Shown here: in pieces, positions 25,696 to 37,749 of the stretch
Position numbering within the stretch: the stretch's first letter is position 1
How the letters are laid out: each line of letters starts with the position of its first letter
From: Ginglymostoma cirratum
Taxonomy: Eukaryota
Assembly: GCA_024137785.1 (NCBI GenBank)
Contig: JAHRHZ010000072.1
Span: 6,007,749 to 6,071,748, forward strand
DNA: 64,000 nucleotides
Direction of reading: 5' to 3'
Translations under genes and position numbers: made by a program
Notes under the pieces: model-generated
The model's database searches: none
The model's input: the letters and a program-made list of their open reading frames with translations, nothing else
What the model was told of the DNA's origin: nothing

Positions 25696-25890
25696 TTTGT
25701 AAATTATTGGAACCTGATGCATGGCTTAGGAAGATGAGGCATGCCTCAAATAATCAGGCAATCATACACAGTACAGTACAGGAGGCTAATTGGCCAGTAC
25801 AGTACAGGAAGCTGAAGCTATCTTCCTTATTTCATTGCAATGCTCCTTCTCAATATCCTTTTATATTGATCCTTTGCAAATACTTGTTAT

Positions 25891-26040
25891 ACAGCAGGCC
25901 AGGCAGCATCAGAGGAGCAGGAAAGTTGACATTTCGGGTCGGGACCCTTCTTTCTGCTCCTCTGATGCTGCCTAGGCTGCTGTGTTCCTCCAGCTCCACA
26001 CTGTGTTATCTCTGGCTCCAGCATCGGCAGTTCTTTCCAT
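25891..26040. mobile_element. Penelope-terminus fold-back fragment
   Basis: Inverted arms 25891-25920 and 25954-25983; same sequence as the termini at 10190-10250 and 35960-36050. Confidence 0.8.
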
Positions 26041-26324
26041 CCATGCTCAATTATACCATGTGACAACTTTTTCCTTACCTTCTTGTCTCATTCTCCTAGT
26101 AATAATCCTGAGTCTATAATAATTGGCCAGTAGTAGAAATTTATTTACACATGAACGCCTTCTGTAATTTTAGAGACTTATTTGATATCCCTCAACCATC
26201 TGGGCAAAAAATACCTAAGCTGTTTTGTGGATCTTCCTTGTAACTCAAACTCCTCTTTTCTGGTACCATCCTAGCAAACTTATGCTCTCCTTCCCTTTGG
26301 CGCAAGTTTTTGTTTTATAGTCAA

Positions 26325-26475
26325 GTGGTAAGAATGCTCAAAAAAAGAGTTAACATTTCAAAACCATGTGACCTTTATCAAAATGTCTGAGGTAGGGTTA
26401 CTGTACTCAAAACATTAACTCTTTTTCTCTCTACGGAAGCTATCAAATCTGCTAGTTCTTTGTTTTTATTTTAGT
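26325..26475. mobile_element. Decayed Penelope-derived palindromic element
   Basis: gagttaacatttc...caaaacattaactc inverted arms around gacctt/agggtt. Confidence 0.55.
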
Positions 26476-28314
26476 ATTAACTACATATTTGTTTACAGGC
26501 CTTAAACCTTAAAGATCAACTAGAAATAATATAGATTCTACACCTAATGCTGCAACAAATTTATGGCTGAATATGTCAGTCAATAAGTTATTTCTTCATG
26601 TGACTAATCCTTTCACATAATAGATAATGACCTTTTCATTTTAATTGAAATCTATCAGGCTAAAATATTCCCTCCTTCTACATTACAGATTATAATTGAT
26701 GATTTAAATTTGGTCTGAGATGATGAAACCTCCAGTCACACGTCAGAAATTTCACTATATGTCATCGACAGATCCATTTCCTTTACTAAGTTTAACAAAA
26801 TGGAATGGCCTGACAGCTCCACTGATTTACATTCCATTAACATCACTGGCCGGAGAAGAAGCTTCTAATAAATGAGCCCCTGCTGAGTTCAGCTGAAACA
26901 TGGTTGCTAAGCAAGGAGGCAAACACAAATTGCTCCATTGAAAATGACTTGTTCGACTGGCATTAGTTTAGTATCTGAATGTAGGTCATCATTTCTACTT
27001 TACTATTAACGACTAAGCAGTTACGATTATACATCATTTACCAAATCTTACTTTGTCTATCATAGTTGGGAAGGAATTTCATTTTAACAAAAATGCTGAT
27101 CATTTTTTTTCCCCATTGTTCCATCTCCATTAGAAAGCAAATACTATCTCTCTCATGCTCATAGTTAGAAAGCTGTTTGTGATAGATGGTGCAAATGTGA
27201 GTGAGTTAAAAAAAGAGAGTGCCTAGCAATATGTTGTTTGGCTTCTTCCAACATTATTTTTCCAATGAACACCAAGACATGCTCAGGACAGGCAGACATA
27301 GCTTGCTATTTAGCTCTTTATTTAAGAAAAAGCACTTGACCCTTCTTTCCAATCACCCTCTGGACATGGCTGAAACTACTGCCAGTACCTTTCCCTCACA
27401 GCAGGCCTCGTTTATAACGGACTAACCATTTGGGGGTCACAAGCTCTAAGGCAGCAATGCTGACTGTTGTGCAGGACATTAGCTTATTTTCCCCAAAATG
27501 GTTCATCAATGCAACAACTTTCCACTGAACTGATTGGCTGTTCTTTCAGTACACTAATTGGCCAGTTAGCACTTCCCTCTAATTGGCTAAAAGAAGGTTT
27601 ATTTTGATGTGGTGATAATTGTTGATGTATTTTGAACGTGTGCTGTATCAAATGGTAGGACAGTCCTGGGGTCGATGACAAGGCATTGTCTCCATTACAT
27701 GCCCATGCATGGCTCCAAGGTCCAATCAGAGTCTTCTAATCTACTGTGCACTCCCCTGACCAGCTCAGCAACTTAACCTCCACTTAACGACTCCCCAACC
27801 TGTTGAACAACTCCCCCTCCACTCACCAACTCTTTCTTCTCCTCTCCTGTTCCCCAGTCTCCCTCTGAGATTGCAACAATTTTCAAGCATTAAAATGGAG
27901 TCACAGTGGGAAGATGTTCGGGAAGCACCTTAGTATTTCTCCCACCCTGTTGTTGTAACTGTGCTACACGGTCAGTGTAATTTTGTAACACTGGTGCATA
28001 CAAGTGGGAAACTCCCAAAGAAATTGCCAGCATACGGATTCACCCCCTGTTCACTGACAGCTTCAATGCGATATATGAACATGTTACCCTAAGTACAAGC
28101 TGGTGATTATGATACTGCTACTGGGTTGTAAATTCTTAACCATCCATAATTTATGAAATTGAGTTCAATAAATCAATGTTTAGCTGTAGGTTCGCTCCAA
28201 AGAAATAAACCTTCTGTTCCTCCAAAAAGCACATTAATTAATATCCTTCAAGGAAGAAAGACTAGCATCATGCATAGCTAACCCTAAATGCGATACCAGT
28301 CCTAAACCGTATGA

Positions 28315-29240
28315 TTGATTATGTTAATGTGCTCCATCCAACCTGAAAGAAGATTCCAAAGTTTGTAAATGATAAACCTGGAAGAATGGTAAACTGTGAG
28401 GGGAACATACAGAACTCCAGATATACAAGTTGGTAGAGTGGGAAGATAGGTGGCAAATGAGGTTCTATGCAGCAAAGTGTGAGGTGATGCATTTTGGTAG
28501 AAAGAACATTGAAAGACAATATAAAACAGGGGATACAATTCTAGGAGAGTGTAGGAGTACATCATTGAAGGTGGCACGACAGGTAGAGAGAACAGTCAGT
28601 AAAACACAGTACCCATGGCTTCATTAATTGGGGTACAAAGTACAAGAGCAAGGAGTGATTTTGAATTTGAATAAGCCTCTTGTTAGATCTCAGCTTGAGT
28701 ATTGTGTACATTTCTGCATGTCACCTTATAGAAAGCATGTGATTGCACTGGGGAGAGTGCATAAGCGACTTATAAAAATGGTCCAGGAATAAGATACCTT
28801 TCTTGTAAAGATAGATTGAAGAAGTCAGGACTGTTCTACTTGGAGAGAAGAAGGCTAACGAGATCTGATGGAGGTCTTCACAATCATGAGAGGGATGGGT
28901 AGACTAGATAAGGGGAGAAGCTGTTCCCAATCATAGAAGACACAAGAACAAGAAGGTATAGGTTCATGTGATCTGCAAAAAAAAAGCCAGGGTAAAGTAA
29001 GGAAAAACATTTTCAGTCAGCAAGTAGTTAGTATATGGAAAGCACTGACTAGAAATGAGGTGGAGGCGGGTTCAGTTGAGGCAATCAAAAGGGCATTGGT
29101 TGATTATTTGGCTAAAAATAACGTGCAAGGATGTGGAGGAAAAACAGACAATTGGCACTGGTAATAATGCTCATTTGATGGGCCGGACCAGGTAGAATGG
29201 GCCAAATGGCCTCCTTCTGAACCATAGCACTTTGTGACTG
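28315..29240 (+). mobile_element. CR1 LINE 3' portion, decayed
   Basis: VEWEDRWQMRFYAAKCEVMHFGRKN; tail gggccaaatggcctccttctg. Confidence 0.88.
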
Positions 29241-30077
29241 TATGGAATTGCTGCCCTGTTGAAACAGAAACCTTGCTGCAAGTTAATTAATGCCGATTGG
29301 CTGTTAAATGGTTGCTGCGGGAGCTGGTCAATTTTGTTTGACTTTTGTGGGATGGGGAGGGGATGGTGATGTAGGGAATGTTCTGGAAACAAGGACCCTA
29401 CTCCCATTGTAAAATTCAGCCCCGATGTGTTTTCTTTGTAAAATAATGCCTATAACATGAATTTATATATGTAAGTGGTCTTTAACTCATTTATGATAAT
29501 CACAATAAGAGATTACTTAAGAACTTACTTTATTTAGTTCCAAGATAAAACATATTAAATCTTATTTATTTTGATGATTTTAATGATATAAATATCTAAA
29601 CCCAATGACTCATATTAAAAATGCTGAATAAGTTGCAACATCTTGCAAAATCAACCATTGTGTATTACACAACATTGTGGAACTGTATCTGCAGTATGAG
29701 CAGGCCAGTGAGCAGCACTGTTAATGGTTAATTTCCATGTTAAATCTCTCCTGGTAACTTTAAGCAGGCATGTCGTCATTCAGGTTTAATTTTGTTTTTG
29801 CGAGCCATCACGTATTTGCACATGTTGGCCACCTAGTGGCTCTAAACATTGGAAGCAGCAACATGGAAAGCAAACATCAGATCTTGGAAGCTGGGAACAG
29901 CATGACCACAGCTGCAGAACAGCTTAACAGGAAAAATCCATCATCAGTCTTCATAACACAAAACTGCCCAGGAGCTGTGCCTGACACAACAACATCAATG
30001 TCACCCTAGCACAACACTATCCACAGAGAGACCAAAATTTGTACCTTAACCTCGACATGGCAATGCTGGTACAGTCA

Positions 30078-30553
30078 AGGAGATGGTTGCATTAATGTTA
30101 GTAAATGAGTGACTCAAAAGCCCAGACTAATGCCTAGTGGTTGTGGATTTAAATCCCACCATGGCAGGTTGTAGAATTTAAATCCAGTTCATAATATCTA
30201 GAATAGCCAACAAGTCTAACACGTGGCTTCTACAAATTCAACATCACCTCCTTGCTCTTATAGGTTATGGCCCTATTAATAAAGCCGGGGAAACTGTTTA
30301 TTACTAACTGTTCTCTCTATCATAAAACTCGACTGTTGTACAAGCAAATTACTAATCATATATATCTCTTCCTCACTAAAAAGGAAGGAAATCTACCACC
30401 CTTTTCGACACTTCACATTGACAGCACATTGTGGTTGACTTTTGTCTGCCGTCTGTAATAATGGATGAATCCATTCAGTTCAAGGGCAGTTAGGGATGTG
30501 CACCAAATGCTGACCTTGCTAGTGATACCACGTCCCATCTAAGAATGAGAAAA
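30078..30553 (+). mobile_element. SacSINE/Deu-type SINE, decayed
   Basis: aatcccaccatggcagg..tagaatttaaatcc; gtggttgact; gggcagttagggatg; similar to 51762-52073. Confidence 0.65.
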
Positions 30554-30809
30554 TAACAGTCAATTCAGACCACAGGCATGTAGAAACAGACCCAAGCACT
30601 GACGGTACCATAAGGACAGAAATCAGAAAGTGGCAGTTCATTTTACTGCTTAACACCAATTTCAAAACTCTGTCCAAGCCAATGCCGCCTGGACCAAGTC
30701 TGCTGTGGAATTGGTAATGCAAGCAAATCAGTCCTGCCCAAATTTGTCAAAAAGACTTGAGGGAGTCACCCACTACTCAGGGATAACAGGATTTCATCAT
30801 GTATTTCAC

Positions 30810-30970
30810 GTCTTTAAGGTGATAAAATGTAGCAAAGTGCTATCGTAAAACAAAATATGATGTTGAACCACATTAGGAAATATTCAGGGCAGATGACCAA
30901 AAGCTTGATCAAAGGTGATAATTTTTAAGGAGGGGCTTAAAGGAAGAAAGTAAACCACAGAGAAAAAGGA
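30810..30970 (-). mobile_element. Old L2-type fragment
   Basis: gggcagatgaccaaaagcttgatcaaagg...ttttaagga resembles a recalled ancient L2 3' region. Confidence 0.4.
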
Positions 30971-31004
30971 AGCGAATCCTAGGGTTAAATACCGAGGCAG
31001 GTGA

Positions 31005-31280
31005 AAGCACAGACACCTGCCTCATCACCTTGAATGAGGAAAAGATCTTTGACAAAGTATCACAGATACATAATACAGGCATGCTCCGCAAAATGGTGTC
31101 AGAGAAGGGGCCAAAGCTTGGATCTAACTCTTCTGTATTGACATAAGGAGTGTAGTTCTGATCAATGGGTGAAAACCAGAAATATTTTAATCAAATCAGG
31201 ACTCCCATAAGGCTTTCTCCTTTTTGTCTGTGAGATGTATCTGGACTTTTGCTGCTTCCATCAGGAAGGACTAGTCAATC
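31005..31280 (+). mobile_element. L1/Tx1 reverse transcriptase fragment
   Basis: LITLNEEKIFDKVS resembles LISLDQEKAFDRIS; a degenerate SGVRQG motif lies at ~31195. Confidence 0.6.
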
Positions 31281-31539
31281 AGGCAATGCTTGCATGCAAT
31301 GCCTGTTCAATTATTCAGTATTTAATTGCATGGGTCCGTTGACTGATCTCTAGGCTTCATGTTCTTTAGCAAACTTTTGCACATGATTGCAGAGAAAGAG
31401 AAACCAAAAGTAAGTTGCTAACAGCTGACATCTTAAAAATGCCTTTGTGATAAAGCCCTGTTCACATCTGACGTGTGATCACTTCTCTGCATATCTCCAA
31501 GGAATAAAACATGATAACTTGCTACAAGGATAAAGAACA

Positions 31540-34200
31540 GTATAAGTTTACTAGTTCCAGCATCTTTCCTTTCTTTACTGGGAGATCCCTTTGCAATGTG
31601 ATCAATGGATTTCAGAGTTCAAGACACATTTGCTTCTGATAGATATGGACGATTCACTGAAAGCAGCAACCCACAAAAAGATGATACTCATCTATTGCTT
31701 CATTACTGGAGGCCACCAAGTATTTGAGCAGGTCACAAAAGATATGCTTAAATTTGATATGGCAGTAAATGATCTCAAATATATTTTGGACAAAGGAAAA
31801 CTGTGATGATCAAATAATACGCATTCCGCCAGAATAAAGCAAAATGGTGAGCCTGTTAAACAGTCAAAACAAATCTCCCATGTTTGATTCGAAGAGGTTA
31901 GACAGTAAAGCACCTTCTGATTCAGGGTCACTGACATATGACTCGTACATATGCAAGTGTTATGGACAGAGAGACCTCAACAAACTCATCAATATTTACC
32001 AGTCTGATACTCTCAGAAATATGAAAAAGTTGTGGATGTTCGTAGCAATTCACTAGATATCATTCGTAGTGCTAAATGGATCAAAGGTAAACAGCAATAG
32101 AAAACTGAAGGAAATGATCAGCCTTCAATAGAGTCTGATATTACACAATGTGCACAACGTTTAGACGTATAACAGTAACATTTTCCATCAATGTCATCTT
32201 TCAACATTTCTATAACACAATTGGGCAAGCATAGACATTTGAATGATGAAAGTGCTGGGTCTGACAAATTCTTTCCACAATAAGTCATTGAATGTTTTCA
32301 AGAATGAATTCAATACAGTTCTTAAGGCTAAAGCGATCAAAGGGTATGGGGAAAAAGTGGGAATAAGATACAGAGTTGGATGATCAGCCATGATCATATT
32401 GAGTTGTAGACCAGGCTCGAAGGGCTGAATGGTTTACTCCTGCTCCTATTTTTGATATCTCTAAGTTTCCATGACCAAGTGCAGTCTCTTCGTAAGGTGT
32501 GCAGTTTGTCAAAGATAAAGATTTGAGCAACTTTTTCTCACTCTTCCAACAAAAGCTGTTCAGCTTACAATGATGTGATTACTCCAGCCCATGGAACATT
32601 CACAGTTCAAGTACTACAAAATATTGAACAGACAAGTTCAATTCTACATAGCCAAAGGCAGAAGCTTGGTTTCGAGCACAAAAACCCCACCATAGCATAC
32701 ATAAATATTTTGGATCCCAATAACTATCACCAACAGTTTCCTTCCTTATTTACTGAATTTGGGAGATTCAGCCAGTACTGTCATACTCCTTGCATTCTCA
32801 CATCAGTCCCACCACTTCCACAAAAAATGAGACAGGTGCCACTTAAAATCAATGCCAATGTGTCACAGGAATTGACATGACTCGAAGTGAACAGTATCAT
32901 TGAGTGGTTCAATTCATCCATACAAATATCAAACCTAGTCATTGCACAGCTCAAAAATGATGAACTTATCCTGTGTGTTAATCTTAAGACAGTAAACAAA
33001 GCAATCATTTCTGGCCAAGTATCTATTTCCTATGATCCAAGAATAACCAGCATCATTTCATAATTCCACAGTCTACATGAAGCTTGAAGTTCACTGGAGC
33101 TATCTTCGGATATCACTGGCAGAACAAAGCCAATAGCTTACACTGACAGCTTTCTAATGCACAATCATGTGTTTCAGTACCAAATGCCCTATGGATTAAG
33201 TTTAGGACGTTACGCATTCCAGAAGATTCCTTCTTCAATCTTTTCAGAGGTTGTAGGGAAGAAACCATTGTCGAACTTTTTGGGCCAATATATTTGCAAA
33301 GAACATTTGAAAAGTAATGCAATGCTTTCTTCAAGATTCGTCCTCAGCTACCCCCTGTAACAGAAACACACATTAACTGTTGCTGAAGGTATTAACTTGG
33401 TGGAAAATGCTCTTTGATCTGACCAAACTTCATTGTTCTTTCAGTACAATGATGAGCTGTCCACGTCCAAGAGATAGAGACCAGCACATTCTAAGGTCTG
33501 AGGGATAGACTGAAGCTGGATGCAGCCGCCACATAAACTCATCAAGCTTAGCGGCTCATTGAGAAAAAGCAGAAGACACAACAGCAAACTCAACATGGAA
33601 TCCTACTTCTCACCAAGTTAGGTGGTCTTTTTCTAGACATCCTGAAGTTTCCAAACTCGAAAGAAGTGTACCCTCAACAATTTCCATCATGGGAAGAAAT
33701 TTCAGTGTTTCAATAACAGGCATGTTGAGATCATTCATCTTACACAATCTTTAGCCTGAAAAGAAGATTAAGAACTGGAGAGAGTGTAGTTTCTATTACC
33801 TAAATACATCTCCAATAGGAAATGTGGAAATAAAAGTTCAGTTCACCAACCAGAAGGCTCTTATGCAGTGAAGAATTTTATGGTTTTAGGTTTCACCCCT
33901 CACACTGACAAGAGAATTGTCGAGGGCCCTGAAGCAAAGGAAGGAGCCCAGCAATCTTCTGCTGCTCTGTAGACCTCTCCATAGTTCTAGAAGGAGTAAA
34001 ATAGGAGGAGGCATCATGACTTGACACCAAAGAATGTGAAATTCAGAGGGACAGAAAGGGAGAAAGAGATCAGCATAATGAAGAAATACTCATTGGTGCC
34101 AAAAGCTAACTCTCCAAGGTTGTTTCAGATTTTCTATGAATTAATAACCTCCTGGACCGAACTGTATGTAAAGGAGAAAAATCATAGGAACATGAAGAAA
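31540..34200 (+). mobile_element. Decayed Ty3/Gypsy LTR retrotransposon internal region (gag and RT)
   Basis: gag-like FLSLLGDP..WISEFKTHLL..KKMILIYC..GHQVF (31560-31730); RT-like PLPQKMRQVP, SNLVIAQLKNDELILCVNLKTVNKAII, HVFQYQMPYGLS..AFQKI (32800-33240). The right boundary is uncertain. Confidence 0.75.
32250..32470 (+). mobile_element. CR1 3' end nested in the Gypsy relic
   Basis: atcaaagggtatggggaaaaag...gatcagccatgatc...ggctcgaagggctgaatgg..tactcctgctcctat. Confidence 0.8.
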
Positions 34201-35059
34201 TTGTGAATTTGTTTTCAATTTTCTTTGAACATTTTCCTTACAGTACATCACAAAGAAAGAAAAACTGGAGATAGAAAAATCAATATTTGGCTCTGTGATT
34301 TTAAAAGATGAAACAGCACCTCATGAAACCTCCCAGCGTATAGCCAGCCAATGCTGGAAGGAACAGTCATTATGGGCACAAAGAAAGGCAAAGTTAGGAA
34401 GGCACAGAGAGAAACAGGATGATGCTGTCTAATGATTTTGAAAAGTTAATGTTGGAAGCTGCATTAAACTTGACCCAATTTGTATCTTTCAGACACTGGG
34501 TGGAGAATCAGCAGTGTATAACATGAGGCCCTGTGGAGACAAATGTGTCATCCTTGCCTCCTGTTAGTTTTTGTCACCAGCCAATGTAACTTCAACCCAT
34601 TCTAATCATGCAATAAACTAAACCTTGTTGTTGAAGACAAGTACTCTTCTCATAAAGATTCACGATAATTACAAATCAATAATAGCAAGCCCTCTACCTC
34701 AACCATGAGCTAACTTTGGTCGGTTCTGCAAACATATGACACAATGCCAGTAGTGGCATTGTTACTTAAATACTATAAAGATCACATCCCGTTATCTTTA
34801 TTTATTTTACTTTGTGGACTAGAATGAGGAAAAGGCTGTTTTAAACTAACGACTATGGAGGGAGTTGCTGCATTTTAAAAAATGTTACTGGAACTCGGAG
34901 AGTTATATTTGCACTTTTACTTTCTTCAAGCAGTCGGGGGAGAGATCAAGCACATATGGAGTCATGGATACAGAGTGAACTTCAGATTCAGGACAAAACC
35001 AAAAAGACCAAATGCCTGGTCTAAACATGTAGAAAGCTGCAAAAAAGAAAATATTTGTT

Positions 35060-36057
35060 TCAAACAAGACAATCAAAACCACCAAAGCCATTTTTCCCTC
35101 CCCACCCTTATGTGCTTTCCAGAGGGACCACTCTCTCCATGACCCCCTTGTCCGCTCCACACTCCCCTCCAGCCCCACCACACCCGGCACTTTTCCCTGC
35201 AACCGCAGGAAGTGCTACACCTGCCCCCACACCTCCTCCCTCACCCCCATCCCAGGCCCCAAGAAGACTTTCCACATCAAGCAGATGTTCACCTGCACAT
35301 CTGCCAATGTGGTATACTGCATCCGCTGTACCCGTTGTGGCCTTCTCTACATCGGGGAAACCAAGCGGCAGCTTGGGGACCATTTAGCAGAACACCCATG
35401 CTCGGTTCGCACTAAACAATTGCACCTACCAGTCACGAACCATTTCAACACCCCTTCCCATTCCGCAGACGACATGTCCATCCTGGGCCTCCTGCAGTGC
35501 CACAACGATGCTACCCAAAGGTTGCAGGAACAGCAACTCATATTCCGCTTGGGAACCCTGCAGCCCAATGGTATCAATGTGGACTTCACAAGCTTCAAAA
35601 TCTCTCCTCCTCCTACCGCATCCCAAAACCAGCCCAGCTTGTCCATGCCTCCCTAACCTGTCCTTCCTCCCACCTTACCCCTCCTCCCACCTCAAGCCCC
35701 ACGCCCATCTCCTACTTACTAACCTCATCCTGCCCCCTTGACCTGTCCGTCCTCCCTGGACTGACCTATCTCCTCCCTACCTCCCCACCTACACTCACCT
35801 TTACTGGCTCCATCCCCGCCTCTTTGACCGGTCTGTCTCCTCTCCACCTATCTTCTCCTCTATCCATCTTCTATCCACCTCCCCCTCTCTCCCTATTTAT
35901 TTCAGACCCCCCTTCCCCTCCCCCATTTCTGAAGAAGGGTCTAGGCCCAAAACGTCAGCCTTCCTGCTCCTCTGATGCTGCTTGGCCTGTTGTGTTCATC
36001 CAGCTCTACATCTTGTTATCTCAGATTCTCCAGCATCTGCAGTTCCTACTATCTCTG
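35060..36057 (+). mobile_element. Penelope-like retroelement 3' part: Cys-rich linker, GIY-YIG endonuclease and terminal repeat
   Basis: FPCNRRKCYTC..., then FTCTSANVVYCIRCTRCGLLYIGETKR..EH..NHFNTPSH..E..LIFRLGTLQPNGIN (open frame); CpGs well preserved. Confidence 0.93.
35929..35956 (+). ncRNA. Hammerhead-like core with mutated GAAA box
   Basis: CTGAAGA-A-GGGTCT-AGGCCC-AAAAC-GTC. Confidence 0.45.
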
Positions 36058-36547
36058 AATCAAAACAGCCTGCCCAGAAAACAAGGATACTAGTATGTTG
36101 CAAAATCTAGCTGCTATCTTATCTTCCCATACACAACAAACTTCATTGCAATGCCTACTCAGTGCCCAAGGCTTGCCAGAGCGTTGAAATGAGAACCAAA
36201 CCTCAACATGGCTCTTATTTTACATCAGCAACAATGTTGGAATGTCTCACCATCCCACTATCCACCTCCGATGTAAGTCATCTCTCCCAGATATGGAGCT
36301 TACAGTGACACAGCTGAAGAAAACATGCATTAGGTCAGCAATGCAAGAGGAGATCTAACTATTCATGGGGGAGATTGCACTCAACAATATCAGTTTGTCA
36401 ATAGTTAGTGCACTTTACGCACATTCCATGATTTTAACAAAGGATAACGCGTTAATAGTATCAAAATGGAATCCAGGGGAAGCTCATATGAGTGTGTTTC
36501 AAGTGAACTTTCTAATATCAGGGGTTGTGGTTTAGCTAGTCAAATTA

Positions 36548-36802
36548 CACAGTCATAGAGTCATACAGCTGTATGGAAACAGACCCTTCAGTCCAAATGA
36601 GTCCCACTTGCCTGCAATTGACCCATGTCTCTCTAAACATTTCCTATTCCCTTCTGAATGTCTTTAAAATGCTCTAACTGTACCTGCACCTACCACTTCC
36701 TCTAGCAGTTAATTTCACAAACCAACCACCCTCTGTGCAATAAAGTTGCCCCTCAGGTCCCTTTTAGATCTTTCTCCCCTCCCCTCAAAAATATGCCCCC
36801 AG
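36548..36802 (-). mobile_element. CR1 3' end
   Basis: cagtcatagagtcatacagc..ggaaacagacccttcagtccaa; caccacttcctctagcag. Confidence 0.8.
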
Positions 36803-37749
36803 TTCAGTTTTCAGTTTATTTTGCAAGTTTCTAAAAGTTTCATCATTGGATATAGTTTGCCAAGAATTTGTCCTCTCACTGTCATACATCCTCTTCCCAC
36901 AATGATGTCATCGTAATATATATACTTGGCGAGTTTGTCTCCTAGAGACATTAATCAGCTGAGAGTGAAACTGGGATGAGGAAGAGAGGGTTATACTTAA
37001 TGCAGCCATTTTCAAACAATTTCAATCTTTTGATATGATGTAACAAGTGAGAAATGCAATCAGGTCAGAATATGTTTCTAACCTCTGGAAAACAGGCAGT
37101 ACCCTGACTGAAAACACAATGTGAAGGCAGGGCGTCTTGGAGAGCTCAAACAGTCTGTCTCAGTTGGTAATACGAATGAGCTGAAAACTTTAGTCCACCC
37201 CTCAGGGCATTACTTTATCACAGAAAATGGGGAAGTGTTTAAGGAAAAACTGTCTCAATTACCATTAAGCTGATAGAGAAATCTCCAGCAATTAACTTTG
37301 GTCAGCTAACCATTCTAGATTTGCAAACGCGCAATCGCTGAGGAAGAGTATTTCCAGCAGGATCAATTATTGGCCATGTGAACTCTAAACAGGTCACCAA
37401 AAGGTCATGCAGATTCTTTTTGTAACACTATGAAAGTTCAAAGGTGTAAAATTAAAAGCAAAAATAAAAGGTACAGGATAGAATTTTATAGGAATCTGAA
37501 CAATGTGGGTTATGGTGGCATTTGTGGCAATAAGCACAATAAGTTTGCAAGGCCTTTCTCAGCATTGTGCGCAACTCACTCCAACATTTGCACAATTATC
37601 AAGCAAGGAGGTTAGTTTCTCACTGGGCAGCAGTGTGTAGCCAATTAAGCGGGATTATTTCTTGTTAAATTTCTTGTTATTGGTGGCAAAGACGGCGTCA
37701 TTAATATTCAGCTTCCTATTTTATACACTGTAGAAAGTACAGGCAGAGA

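Noticed and set aside
35497-36093. 198-aa Pro/Ser/Leu-rich ORF and overlapping antisense ORFs
   Set aside because: Alternative frames of the C-rich Penelope element
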